Origin: an uncultured Bacilli bacterium
GTDB lineage: Bacteria; Bacillota_I; Bacilli_A; RF39; UBA660
Direction of reading: 5' to 3'
Assembly: GCA_934162265.1 (NCBI GenBank)
Contig: CAKPHZ010000004.1
Span: 1 to 63,418, forward strand
Length of the DNA stretch: 63,418 nt
The notes beneath the pieces are model-generated. The model ran no database searches, was not told the DNA's origin, and saw nothing but the letters and a program-made list of their open reading frames with translations. A program made the translations under genes and the position numbers. Below are positions 1 through 9,648 of the stretch, in pieces (within the stretch, counting starts at the first letter, position 1; each line of letters begins with the position of its first letter).

Positions 1-60
1 ACCTATAAAAAATAATGAAATAGGATTTAATATATATTTCTTCATAAATTATCTCACTTT

Positions 61-103
61 CAAATTACTATTTATCTAACAAATCACTAAATTGCAATTT
101 TTT
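61..103. repeat. copy 1 of a short dispersed direct repeat (about 37-43 nt) lying just 3' of a minus-strand gene
   Basis: ACTATTTATCTAACAAATCACTAAATTGCAATTTTTT (67..103) matches 1097..1133 at about 31 of 37 positions. The 13-mer CAAATTACTATTT (61..73) recurs exactly at 1022..1034. Confidence 0.4.
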
Positions 104-117
104 AATATTATATATGA

Positions 118-441
118 TTATATTTTTACTATAAAGAATACAAATCCAATTGCACCAATAATCATAAATATAATTCCTACTAATGCAATTTTCTTTCTTC
201 TTTCTATTTCATTTTGTTCTTCTTTCGGAATATTTTTTATTGGATATTTTCTTCTATGCAATAGATAAAGAATAATTCCTTCTGAACTTTTACCACTGGT
301 TGCTAGTAATCCCATTAATTTTGGATGGTTAATTCCTCTTGCTTTTGAATCTATAACAGTTATTTTATAAACTTGATAAACTGTAGCAACTAAACCTATT
401 AGATATATTGCTATAAATATTGCTAATAAAATATAATTCAT
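118..441 (-). CDS. small integral membrane protein, function unknown
   Basis: 107-aa ORF with a hydrophobic N-terminal segment (ILLAIFIAIYLIGLVATV) and C-terminal segment (IALVGIIFMIIGAIGFVFFIV). It starts 9 nt after the stop of the co-directional XRE gene. Confidence 0.5.
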   Translation of the reverse strand: MNYILLAIFIAIYLIGLVATVYQVYKITVIDSKARGINHPKLMGLLATSGKSSEGIILYLLHRRKYPIKNIPKEEQNEIERRKKIALVGIIFMIIGAIGFVFFIVKI

Positions 442-450
442 AATTTCCTC

Positions 451-858
451 CTATATTTTTTTTATGATTTGATAAAATAAATAAGAAAAACTAATAATAG
501 AAATAGTAAATACTATTACTATAATTGAAATACTTTCATTTGCCGTTATTCCTATTATTATAAATAGAATAATAATTAAAATATTTAATAAAATTGCATA
601 AAGCAATTTCTTATTACTTTTTACAACATCTGTGCTATCTTTTAAATATTGTAAAACTTTATTATCGTAACTTAGTAAGTCATCTAACGAAATATTAAAA
701 CATTTACTAATTTTAACTAATGCATCAATATCAGGATAAAATTTGCCATTTTCCCAATTAGATATTGTTTGTCTGGTAACATCTAGTTTTTCTGCAAGTT
801 GTTCTTGTGAAAGCTTTGCTTTTTTTCTCATTTCAATAATTTTTTTGCCTAAATTCAT
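451..858 (-). CDS. XRE-family helix-turn-helix regulator with a C-terminal membrane anchor
   Basis: HTH_3-type motif LSQEQLAEKLDVTRQTISNWENGKFYPDIDALVKISKCFNISLDDLL, followed by two hydrophobic helices. I place the start at ATG 858 (MNLGKK) because AAAGGAG lies 8-9 nt upstream. The longer 888 start in the track lacks an SD. Confidence 0.8.
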   Translation of the reverse strand: MNLGKKIIEMRKKAKLSQEQLAEKLDVTRQTISNWENGKFYPDIDALVKISKCFNISLDDLLSYDNKVLQYLKDSTDVVKSNKKLLYAILLNILIIILFIIIGITANESISIIVIVFTISIISFSYLFYQIIKKI

Positions 859-1096
859 AATTTTTCTCCTTTCACAAAAACTATACATTTTTAATTATTA
901 TTTTACTATCAAATATATTTTACATTTTGAAAAATGTAAACAACTTTACTATTTAATACAAAATATTATTTTTTCATCCTCTTAATTATTAATACAAATC
1001 TATTAAGAGAGAACTAAATTACAAATTACTATTTTTCTTTCTCTCTAATTATATCAAAAAAAGAGTAAATCTTAAAACTGATCTACTCGATAAATG

Positions 1097-1133
1097 ACTA
1101 TTTTTCTAACTGATTACTAAATTGTAATTTTTA
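1097..1133. repeat. copy 2 of the short dispersed direct repeat
   Basis: ACTATTTTTCTAACTGATTACTAAATTGTAATTTTTA overlaps the stop codon of the lipoprotein gene. See the feature at 61..103. Confidence 0.4.
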
Positions 1134-1589
1134 TTTAATAGTAAATTCAACTGCTATGTTGGAAGTTTCGTATTTTCCTTCTTTATATTCATAGTCAATT
1201 TCTTTTATAATTCTGTAAGTTCCTTTTGCAAGTTTGCCATATCCATTTTCCCAATCAAGTTCAATTTCTTTACTTTCTTTTGCTGAAAGTTGAAAAGCTG
1301 GCATATCGAAATCTAATTCCGCATTTATTTTATGCCATTCTCCATCTTTTTTAATCTCTATTTCATATGGATTTCCATATTGAAAATTTTTATCACTATG
1401 ATTAGTTAAAACTAAAGTTGCACTTTTATTTGTTAATGTTCCTTCTTTAATAGTCATTATAACATCATTTTGTGAAACCTTGATATCAGATTTATCTCCT
1501 ATATCAAATTCATTTTTTGATTTACCACAACCTGTCACTCCTAGTGCCATAACTCCACACAGGAAAATAATAAGTAATCTCTTTTTCAT
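1131..1589 (-). CDS. secreted lipoprotein with a single beta-rich (Ig-like) domain
   Basis: Signal peptide plus lipobox MKKRLLIIFLCGVMALGVTGC. The mature part resembles the small Ig-like domain proteins of Firmicutes (pattern ...TLVLTNHSDKNFQYGNPYEIEIKKDGEWHKI...GTYRIIKEI). Confidence 0.65.
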   Translation of the reverse strand: MKKRLLIIFLCGVMALGVTGCGKSKNEFDIGDKSDIKVSQNDVIMTIKEGTLTNKSATLVLTNHSDKNFQYGNPYEIEIKKDGEWHKINAELDFDMPAFQLSAKESKEIELDWENGYGKLAKGTYRIIKEIDYEYKEGKYETSNIAVEFTIK

Positions 1590-1743
1590 CGTCTTCCTCC
1601 ATTAAAAAATTATTTTTAGATTTTATTTTTTATAATCTTATCTAGTTATAATTCTAGTTTATCAGATTTCCTTATTTTGTCAAACGCCATAACCTACTTT
1701 TTTCTATAAAATAAGTACTTTTCTACGTCAGTACTTTACATAC

Positions 1744-1777
1744 AAAAAAATGAAACACCCAAATTAAGATGTCTCAT
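1744..1777 (-). terminator. intrinsic terminator after the oleate hydratase gene
   Basis: Minus-strand hairpin ATGAGACA-N12-TGTTTCAT (one G-U pair) followed by a T7 run, 10 nt after the stop. Confidence 0.5.
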
Positions 1778-1786
1778 TTTTCTTTT

Positions 1787-3580
1787 TTACTCTTTAAATA
1801 AACCACTTTCTTTTAATAGAAGTTCTAAATCTGTTCCTTTTACTTTTTTCTCCAAGATTTTGATGGCTTGTTTTTCGGCAAATGTTAAAGGAAGTTCGTC
1901 TACTGATTTTTTATCTACTGCATAGAAGCAAGCTTTTAATAATTCTCGAACATCATATTTACTTCCCCATACTTCTGGTACAGCTCTATCAACTTTAAGT
2001 AGTGTATATACAGCTTCCATACCTGTTCGAATAGAATATTCGGTTGTAAAGATTGTATCTCTAGGTGTTTCTGCAAATTGACCAATAAAGGCAAAATTAA
2101 CTGCGTCTTTTGGTACGACAAGTGGTCTATCTTTTTCTTCTCTTGGTTGGAAGAAAGCGTTAATGTATGGCATATAGCAAGTTGTGGTGTTACATTTATT
2201 AGCATATTCTTCAATCTTATCTGTTGGTATTCCAATATGATATAACCATTCTTCACATACTTCGCGACCAGTACAATTTTGAATTGGTTTTTTTACAAAA
2301 TTTCCTTCACGATTAGTATTTAGGGCATATACCCATACTAATACACTATTTTTCTTTTGGGATTTAAATTGTGGTTGGCGATTGATTGTCCAAGATAAAT
2401 ACCAGTTTTCCATACTATCTTTTACAGTTACAATTCCTCCTGTTGTTACCTTTCCTTCTCTAGGATCTCTTTTGCAAATATTAATGATATGTTTAATTAT
2501 TTCTTCATCACTTACTTCAACTGTAGCACTCATCCAATTGGTTTCATCCGTATTACTACAGAATTTATCTGGATTACCAAATTCACCATTAATAGCTTGA
2601 GATGCAATATTTTTCCATAAGTTCCAAGATTCTCCTTCTCCATTCTTAACTTTTGATAAATCTGGTATTGTATTTTGATCTCCATAACAAGAAGTATCTG
2701 TACAGCAACCATTGGTAATAAAGACTAAATCGTTTTCTGTTAAGATAAATTCCTTTTCTTCCTTATCTTTTTCATAAATGATTTTTGTAGCGACTTTTTT
2801 CTCTTCTTTATTATCAAATAGGACATTTTTAACATCTATGCCATATTCGATTTTTACACCATGATTTTCTAAATATTTTGTTAGTGGTAAAATCATGGAT
2901 TCATATTGATTATATTTTGTAAAACGTAGAGCTGAAAAATCTGGTAAACCATCAATATGATGAACATATCGACATAAATATCTTTTCATCTCTAAGGCAG
3001 AAGACCATTTCTGAAAAGCAAACATAGTCTGCCAATATAGCCAAAAGTTTGTCTCCCAAAAAGAATCTGGTAGGACATCAGAGATTTTTTTATTTTCTAA
3101 ATCTTCTTCTTTAGTAATAAATAATTTTGATAATGCTAATGCTGATTTTTTATCTAATTTAAATAACTTATCCGTATGAGCATCTTCTCCACAATTGATT
3201 GTTGCTCGACAAAGAGAATAATTTGGGTCATGTTTATTTAACCAGTAATATTCATCTAATATCGAAACTTCTGGTGTTTCTATAGAAGGAACGCTTCTAA
3301 ACATATCCCACATACATTCAAAGTGGTTATCCATCTCCCTTCCCCCACGCATATAAAATCCTTTGGTAACATCTCTTCTTCCATCACAAGAGCCACCTGC
3401 TAAGTCTAATTTTTCTAATAAATGGATATTTTCTCCCTTCATTTGTCCATCTCTTACAAGATAGAACGCTGCTGAAAGCCCAGCTAGACCAGTTCCAATA
3501 ATATAGGCAGACTTTTTATCTACATCAATTGGCTTCTCTGGACGAGCAAAAGCCTCATATGTTCCAGCACCATAATACAT
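1787..3580 (-). CDS. ohyA: oleate hydratase (MCRA family, FAD-dependent fatty-acid double-bond hydratase)
   Basis: Characteristic N-terminus MYYGAGTYEAFARPEKP, FAD fold IIGTGLAGLSAAFYLVRDG and about 600 aa length. AAGGAGGG lies 7 nt upstream of ATG 3580, so the 14 extra codons in the ORF track are probably not translated. Confidence 0.85.
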   Translation of the reverse strand: MYYGAGTYEAFARPEKPIDVDKKSAYIIGTGLAGLSAAFYLVRDGQMKGENIHLLEKLDLAGGSCDGRRDVTKGFYMRGGREMDNHFECMWDMFRSVPSIETPEVSILDEYYWLNKHDPNYSLCRATINCGEDAHTDKLFKLDKKSALALSKLFITKEEDLENKKISDVLPDSFWETNFWLYWQTMFAFQKWSSALEMKRYLCRYVHHIDGLPDFSALRFTKYNQYESMILPLTKYLENHGVKIEYGIDVKNVLFDNKEEKKVATKIIYEKDKEEKEFILTENDLVFITNGCCTDTSCYGDQNTIPDLSKVKNGEGESWNLWKNIASQAINGEFGNPDKFCSNTDETNWMSATVEVSDEEIIKHIINICKRDPREGKVTTGGIVTVKDSMENWYLSWTINRQPQFKSQKKNSVLVWVYALNTNREGNFVKKPIQNCTGREVCEEWLYHIGIPTDKIEEYANKCNTTTCYMPYINAFFQPREEKDRPLVVPKDAVNFAFIGQFAETPRDTIFTTEYSIRTGMEAVYTLLKVDRAVPEVWGSKYDVRELLKACFYAVDKKSVDELPLTFAEKQAIKILEKKVKGTDLELLLKESGLFKE

Positions 3581-4075
3581 ATTTATCCCTCCTTTATGAT
3601 TAACAAAGTTCATTATAATCATTTTTATTATTTTCTACAATCTACAAATTTTTATACTTGTTAGAAAATAAACTTATTTATAGTTTTAGAGGGATATTAA
3701 TACAAAAATAAAAAAATGTTTATTATAGTAATTTTAAATATATGAATACATATTTTAGTAAAATACTGATCAGTACTTTTCTATAAAATATAAAAAAAAC
3801 TATTAACAAAACTTTCTTTGTCAACAGTTTAATTTTATTTCTTTTCAATAAAAAAGCAAAAAAATACATTTTAATTTCTCTTCTTAATATGAAAAATATA
3901 TCATATACTCTTCCTATAATTTTTTAAATATACTTCTTAATTTCTTTAATAAACTCAAAGTAACAATAATAGAAAAATTATTAAGAAAGGGATAATACTT
4001 AATAAGTATTTTATTGAATGATTTAAAATTTTACTATTATTTATTTTTGGTTTTAGAATAGAGATAAATTAAATA

Positions 4076-4480
4076 TCAATTATCCCTATTATTTTTAGTT
4101 TCATAGTTCCATATTCCTAATTTTCCTTTAGCAGAGATTGGTTCTTCTAAAACTTCAATCAATTCTAACTTCCAAGCGTACCTTCCTACTTCGTAGCGTC
4201 CATAATCACTTTCGTTAGTAGTATTTTTAATTTTTTGGATAAATTCTTCTGTCATATAAATACAATCCACTAAATTACATTTACATAAAATATATCCTGG
4301 CTTTAATTCACTTTTTAAATAAGGCATTGCTTTTTCTACATTTTCAGATTTACTCATTGCTTTACTGGCATGAATATAAATTTCTCCTCGGTAATTGGTT
4401 TTAAAGCTTCTTGTTTCATATATTTTTACCCCATCTTTAATTAAGGTAGCAAATGGCTCTTTTATCGATAAAACTTTCAT
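4076..4480 (-). CDS. ASCH (PUA-like) domain protein
   Basis: MKVLSIKEPFATLIKDGVKIYETRSFKTNYRGEIYIHASK matches the ASCH N-terminal pattern. GAGGAAG precedes the second ATG (4480). Confidence 0.65.
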   Translation of the reverse strand: MKVLSIKEPFATLIKDGVKIYETRSFKTNYRGEIYIHASKAMSKSENVEKAMPYLKSELKPGYILCKCNLVDCIYMTEEFIQKIKNTTNESDYGRYEVGRYAWKLELIEVLEEPISAKGKLGIWNYETKNNRDN

Positions 4481-4551
4481 TTTCTTCCTCACTTTCATGT
4501 CTTAATTATATCATGAAAAAAAGCAAATTTTTTAATTTTTGCTTTTTGTTA

Positions 4552-4776
4552 GTTTATTGCTTTTCCATTTACATATAAAGTATCTCCTTTGTTAGTTGTA
4601 ATTTTACTATTACTTGATTTGAATGTGGCAACGCCTGTATCGGCATCTCCACTCATCGACTGATAAAGAAAGATATTTTTATAAGTAGTCGATTTCCCAT
4701 TTAATTTATTATTTGTATCCTCAATGGTTACGTTATCTAGGGTAACAGAGTTTTTTCCTAAGTATCTTGACTTAAA
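4552..4776 (-). pseudogene. 3' remnant of a beta-helix/adhesin-like protein gene (no start codon)
   Basis: My manual translation gives ...FKSRYLGKNSVTLDNVTIEDTNNKLNGKSTTYKNIFLYQSMSGDADTGVATFKSSNSKITTNKGDTLYVNGKAIN-stop. It is bounded upstream by TAG and has no initiator. It is not in the ORF track. Confidence 0.3.
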
Positions 4777-4797
4777 CTAATAATAATCAATCTATTT

Positions 4798-5373
4798 TTA
4801 AGAAAAATAGCCATAATCTCTATGCAAACTTTTTCTTAATTTAACTTCTTTTTCTTTATTTTGTTGAATAATTTTTTTGGTTGTTTCAGTTGATGCTTTA
4901 TTATAATTAAAGATACTAATATAATGAAGAACGTAGGCATCTATTTTAGATAAATTATTATAATCCGAATTTTTTTCCTGAATATAATTTTTAATTTCTG
5001 ATGAGGACAAGTTTTTTAATTCATCTAAAAGTATCTTTGCTTGGTTTAATTCTTTTTCATTCATTTTACTTTCCATCAACTCTTCAATAGAATGATTTAT
5101 CATATAGTAATATACCAAATCATGTTCTAGTTCTGTACATTCTTTGTTTTGGTATTTGAAAAATAATTCAGCCATTTTTACTTGTTCAAATTGTTCTTTA
5201 TATTCCTTTAGTTCTTCTAGGGACATGTTTTCAATATTTTTATGAGAAGTACTTCTTTCAATTGGATAAAGTAACCATTTTATCCATTCTTCTAAAGGCA
5301 AAATACAGCATCCATTTATTCCTTTAACGACATAAAGTAACTTTTTTTGATTTTGATTATTTAATTTCATCAT
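4798..5373 (-). CDS. hypothetical protein (helical, K/E-rich)
   Basis: 191-aa ORF with no recognisable motif. Confidence 0.45.
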   Translation of the reverse strand: MMKLNNQNQKKLLYVVKGINGCCILPLEEWIKWLLYPIERSTSHKNIENMSLEELKEYKEQFEQVKMAELFFKYQNKECTELEHDLVYYYMINHSIEELMESKMNEKELNQAKILLDELKNLSSSEIKNYIQEKNSDYNNLSKIDAYVLHYISIFNYNKASTETTKKIIQQNKEKEVKLRKSLHRDYGYFS

Positions 5374-5436
5374 GTATCCTCCAATCTAATTAGATACTGT
5401 CTTCAAAATATTTTTGTTTGCAGTTGTTTGCAGTTG

Positions 5437-6087
5437 TTAACACTGCAAACAAAAATATTTTTTAATTACCCATTGGGGTTTATTTTTTGTTCCTTTATTA
5501 TAAATTAAATCTCTTTCCCTTAAAAAATTTATGATATATCTAGTTTTGTTATTTAATTCGTTTTCATTTTTGGTATCAAATAAAGGATACATATATTTAT
5601 TAATCTCTTGGCGATTTACACCACTATTATTTTTAATATAATTAAGTAATTTAATTTTTAATTCATCCATTTCTTCAATGACTTCTAATGATATATCCTT
5701 CAATTTTTCTGTTAATGGAACTATAACAGTAAAAATCTCATCATCTTTAAAACTTGGAACTTACCCACTATATATTTTATTGTATTTTGTTATAGTTTTT
5801 ATTCCAGAACCTAATTCCTCTGCCAAACCAATTTCTTTAAAAAAATTAGCAATTTTAGGATTTTTAGGATACGGAGAATAATTATTAATATCTATATAAC
5901 CAATATTTCTTGGTCTATTAGCATTCTCAGTCGTTATTGATTCTTTAGTTATAATTAGCCTTGCTGGAACTGGATTGGAGTATTCTCTATGAATTAATAA
6001 ATTCACACATAATTCACGAGCTATTACATCCCTAATATTAATTCTTTGAGTGCCATTCATATAGAATTTTTCATTTAAATGTTTTTT
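5437..6087 (-). pseudogene. remnant of a Schlafen/AlbA_2-HATPase_c_4-type putative DNA-binding regulator (RecG-like annotation family)
   Basis: ORFs 5761..6060 (HREYSNP...NPKIANFFKEIGLAEELGSGIKTI, HATPase_c_4-like) and 5437..5703 (winged-helix-like tail) are in the same frame. They are separated only by an in-frame TAA at 5761..5763. The N-terminal roughly 250 aa (AlbA_2 domain) is absent, and stops lie immediately upstream of 6087. Confidence 0.6.
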
Positions 6088-6105
6088 TTAAATCAATAAT
6101 TACAG

Positions 6106-6711
6106 TTAATCATTTTTATATGTTTCTAAGTCATCAATTATATTTTCAATTTCATGATAAATTTTAAAAATGTTTTTTCTTCTTTTTATTATATTTTTAA
6201 GTCTATAGAATCTTCCTAATATTTTACCATGCTTTTCAATTTCTTGATTTATGTAATATTTAATTGGATAATCTCTCTTCACTGCTCGTACAAAGCATTT
6301 TATTATCCCAGTTCTTTTAATAATTACAGTACCTTTTAATAATGTTATTGGTTTAATATCATAGATTACATTACCTTCAATTAATGCTTTTTTCTTTTTA
6401 CTTTTGATAAAATCTAATATGTCATTATAGCAATTTATAAACTCTTCACCCTCACATATTTTTCCATATTTATTTTTTAAAAAATCTTTTATTTCAGTTA
6501 AATATTTATCCTCAACAACTTTATCAGTTGGCATTTCATATAATCTATCACAATTAATAACAATATAATTATCATCATTAATATATTTCAGTGTACTTGT
6601 TGTTTTACCGGAACCTTTTGTACCAATAACATTTATTACATCATCATTAGTCATTTTCTTTATATAATCTTTTCTATCTCTAAATAAATATAATTTTGAT
6701 TTCTTTGACAT
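6106..6711 (-). CDS. P-loop NTPase/kinase-like protein (zeta-toxin/AAA_18-like size class)
   Basis: Walker A IGTKGSGKTTST near the N-terminus, about 200 aa, no other motif recognised. Confidence 0.55.
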   Translation of the reverse strand: MSKKSKLYLFRDRKDYIKKMTNDDVINVIGTKGSGKTTSTLKYINDDNYIVINCDRLYEMPTDKVVEDKYLTEIKDFLKNKYGKICEGEEFINCYNDILDFIKSKKKKALIEGNVIYDIKPITLLKGTVIIKRTGIIKCFVRAVKRDYPIKYYINQEIEKHGKILGRFYRLKNIIKRRKNIFKIYHEIENIIDDLETYKND

Positions 6712-6742
6712 ATAACCACGTCCTGTAATTATTATATCACAA

Positions 6743-6997
6743 TCATAATGAGTTTTTATCTTGAAGTAGCTTATTTGAATCTTTTTTCTCTCTTTCTAAT
6801 TCTTTTAAACTTTTTTCTGGAGTTGGTAAATTTTCTGGCATTATTCTATGATTTTTTTTAATTGTTTCTCTAATATTTTTACCTATATCATAGTGAGTTT
6901 TATTAGCATTATTTTCTCCTATAATATTATCTTCTCCTAAAGCTGTCTCTGTTTGAGTAATTCTAAATAAATTATCTCCTAATTCTTCACTTCCCAT
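6743..6997 (-). pseudogene. C-terminal fragment of a DNA-damage-inducible protein D (DinD)-like gene
   Basis: MGSEELGDNLFRITQTE...ANKTHYDIGKNIRETIKK...MPENLPTPEKSLKELE matches the conserved DinD tail as I remember it. Only 84 aa remain, and about 100 nt separate it from cadA. Confidence 0.5.
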
Positions 6998-7102
6998 ATT
7001 ATCTCCCGACTTTTTCAGTCAGTAACTAACAAAAACATCATTTTACCAAGTATTTTTTATTTAACTTAGAGAAAAGTACTTATTAAGTATTTTATTCCTA
7101 TA

Positions 7103-9142
7103 TTATTTATATTTTTTCATAATTCTTAATGTATTAATTACCGTTAATAAAGTAACACCAGTATCGGCGAATACTGCTAACCACATATTAGCAAGACCAA
7201 ACACACTAAGGAGTAAGATAATTGCTTTTACCATAAGAGCAAAGATTAAGTTTTCTTGAATAATTTTTTTGGTGTATTTTGAAATATCAATAGCAAGGGG
7301 AATTTTAGTTAAATCATCTTTCATTAAGACAACGTCGCTGGCTTCTATTGCTGAATCACTGCCAACTCCTCCCATAGAAATTCCAATATCAGCTCTTTTT
7401 AAAACAGGGGCATCATTAATTCCATCTCCTACAAAGATAGTGATTTTTCCTTCTTGACTAACTTGTTCGAAATGTTCAAATTTATCTGTTGGAAGCATTT
7501 CTGTATAAATTTCATCTATTGCAAGTTTTTTCCCAATTTCTTCTGATACTTCCTTTTTATCTCCAGTAAACATATAAGTTTTAATCCCGTAGGATTTTAA
7601 TTTTTTGATGACTTCTTCTGAATTTTCTTTAATTCCATCATCAATGGTAACGGACGCTACATGCTCTCCATCAATATTTAAGTGAAGCATTGCTTCTTCT
7701 TTGCAATGACAAAGTTTTTGATTGCCAATAAATATTTTTTTATTATCTAAAGTAAATTCAATTCCTTTTCCGGCATTTTCTTTAAAATCTAAAACATCTT
7801 TATTATCTACTTTTTCCTTTTTTAAGTTTAGAATAGATTTTGCAATTGGGTGGTTAGAGAATGATTCCCCTTTTCTTAAAATATCAACAATTTCATCATA
7901 AGAATACTTATTTTTAAATTTATCCATAATTTCAATTGAAGATACTTTAAATGAACCATTGGTTAGGGTTCCAGTTTTATCAAAGATGATATGACTTACA
8001 TTGCTTAAATTATCTAGATAATTGCTTCCTTTAATTAAAATTCCTTTCTTACTAGCAACACCTATTCCTGTAAAATAAGATAAGGGTACAGAAATAGCGA
8101 TTGCACATGGGCAAGAAATAACTAGAAAGGTAAGGCCTCGATAAATGCCTTCTTTTATAGAAATTTGAAAAATAAGTGGTAATAAAACCATAACTAGTAT
8201 TGCTGTGATAATGACAAATGGCGTATAAATTTTACTAATTTTAGAAACTAATGTTTCTGTTTTGGTTTTTTTATCCGTAGCACTTTCTAGTAAGTTTAGG
8301 ATTTTTGAAACTGTAGAGTTTGAAAACAATGATGTTGCTTTCATCTCAATAATATCCCCTAAGTTAATGCTTCCGGATAGAATTTCAGTTCCTTCTTTAA
8401 TAGATACTTCTTCACTTTCACCTGTTAAGGCTGAGGTATCTAGTTTGCTTTCTCCTTTGGTAACGATTCCATCAACAGGAATTTTTTCTCCTTTCTTGAC
8501 CATTAAAATATCATTTATTTTTACTTCTTCAACGGGAATTTTTTTGATTTCTTCTTTATCTTTTCTATTTACATAATCCTCTTTTATGTTTAATAAGTTT
8601 TTTATTGAATTTCTAGAATTATTGATTGCTTTTTCTTCTAATATTTTTCCAATTGTATATAAAGAAATAACCATCATTCCTTCTAATACTTCTCCAATAC
8701 ATAAAGCACCAATACAAGATATTGTCATTAAGGCATTTTCATTTATTCCATTTCCTTTTCGTAATAGTTTTAAAGCATTTATACTGGTTCGATATAATAA
8801 AATAATATAAGAAACTAGATAAAAAATCCATTTAATTATTTTAGGAAGTGGGATAAAGTAACCAATTAATCCAATAGATAAACCTATGATAAGGCTTGAA
8901 AGATGAAATTCTTTCTTATTATCTTCTTTAGTTTCTGTAATATAAGCTTCTGGCTCGACTTTTTGAATGAATTCATTTAATTCTTCTATACTGTAGTTTT
9001 TTTCTGATTCATAAGAAATTTTACAAGTATTAAAATTTACAATGGCATGATTAAAATTATCATTTTTATTTAATGCTTCTTCTACTTCTCTAGCACAATC
9101 AGCACAGTCTAGGTTGTTGATATGATATTGATATTTACGCAT
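7103..9142 (-). CDS. cadA: heavy-metal (Cd/Zn/Co-type) translocating P1B-type ATPase
   Basis: N-terminal HMA domain with CADC, the transmembrane CPC motif (SCPCAIAISVP), phosphorylation site DKTGTLT and hinge GDGINDAP. It overlaps cadC by 8 nt. Confidence 0.9.
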   Translation of the reverse strand: MRKYQYHINNLDCADCAREVEEALNKNDNFNHAIVNFNTCKISYESEKNYSIEELNEFIQKVEPEAYITETKEDNKKEFHLSSLIIGLSIGLIGYFIPLPKIIKWIFYLVSYIILLYRTSINALKLLRKGNGINENALMTISCIGALCIGEVLEGMMVISLYTIGKILEEKAINNSRNSIKNLLNIKEDYVNRKDKEEIKKIPVEEVKINDILMVKKGEKIPVDGIVTKGESKLDTSALTGESEEVSIKEGTEILSGSINLGDIIEMKATSLFSNSTVSKILNLLESATDKKTKTETLVSKISKIYTPFVIITAILVMVLLPLIFQISIKEGIYRGLTFLVISCPCAIAISVPLSYFTGIGVASKKGILIKGSNYLDNLSNVSHIIFDKTGTLTNGSFKVSSIEIMDKFKNKYSYDEIVDILRKGESFSNHPIAKSILNLKKEKVDNKDVLDFKENAGKGIEFTLDNKKIFIGNQKLCHCKEEAMLHLNIDGEHVASVTIDDGIKENSEEVIKKLKSYGIKTYMFTGDKKEVSEEIGKKLAIDEIYTEMLPTDKFEHFEQVSQEGKITIFVGDGINDAPVLKRADIGISMGGVGSDSAIEASDVVLMKDDLTKIPLAIDISKYTKKIIQENLIFALMVKAIILLLSVFGLANMWLAVFADTGVTLLTVINTLRIMKKYK

Positions 9143-9515
9143 AATCTTCTCCTTTCAATTTATGGTTAATATGTTCTAGTCCAATTTCATATAAACGACT
9201 GATATGTTCATCATCTAGGGTATAATAGACTTCCTTACCATTTCTTCTAAATCGTACAATTCCTGCTTCTCTTAAGATGGCTAATTGATGAGAGATGGAT
9301 GACTTTGTCATATTTAGAACATTAGCAATATCACAAACACACATTTCATGATGATCTAATATCCATAAAATTTTTGTTCTTGTACTATCCCCTAATATTT
9401 TGAAAAGCGTTGTTAAATTTTCTAATTCTTTTTCTTTGGGTTTATTTTTTAAAGCAATATTAACAGCATTTTGATGGATGATATTACAGTCACACATGAA
9501 TTCTTTTTTTTCCAT
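9135..9515 (-). CDS. cadC: ArsR/SmtB-family metal-sensing repressor
   Basis: HEMCVCDIANVLNMTKSSISHQLAILREAGIVRFRRNGKEVYYTL (wHTH with a CVC metal site) plus N-terminal Cys residues (MCDC). An SD AGGAGGAAAAA precedes the ATG. Confidence 0.85.
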   Translation of the reverse strand: MEKKEFMCDCNIIHQNAVNIALKNKPKEKELENLTTLFKILGDSTRTKILWILDHHEMCVCDIANVLNMTKSSISHQLAILREAGIVRFRRNGKEVYYTLDDEHISRLYEIGLEHINHKLKGEDYA

Positions 9516-9541
9516 TTTTTCCTCCTTACTTAACTATATTC

Positions 9542-9571
9542 ATTATAGTTGAATGGTTATTCAATTGTCAA
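9542..9571 (-). promoter_or_regulatory. sigma-A-type promoter with an embedded ArsR/SmtB-type operator for cadC-cadA
   Basis: The minus strand reads TTGACA-N18-TATAAT. The spacer contains the dyad TTGAAT-AACC-ATTCAA (+ strand 9549..9564), i.e. a TGAA-N6-TTCA core as in SmtB/CadC operators. Confidence 0.55.
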
Positions 9572-9612
9572 GAGTTAAATGAAGCAAATATTCTTCTTCA
9601 GTATTTTAAGCA

Positions 9613-9641
9613 ACAAAAAAAGTAGATTATTTCATCTACTT
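9613..9641 (-). terminator. intrinsic terminator ending the six-gene operon 9649..13792
   Basis: Minus-strand hairpin AAGTAGAT-GAAATA-ATCTACTT followed by a T7 run, 8 nt after the stop of 9649..10056. Confidence 0.6.
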
Positions 9642-9648
9642 AAAGTGC

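Noticed and set aside
1936-2712. ORFs 1936..2256(-), 2382..2600(+) and 2530..2712(-) within ohyA
   Set aside because: They are out of frame or antisense within a gene whose full-length product has clear oleate hydratase motifs.
7269-8810. Plus-strand ORFs inside cadA (7269..7457, 8262..8576, 8586..8810), and similar ones inside eno, the FAD genes, dnaE, dnaB and the 779-aa gene
   Set aside because: They are antisense shadows of well-supported genes and have no independent signal.
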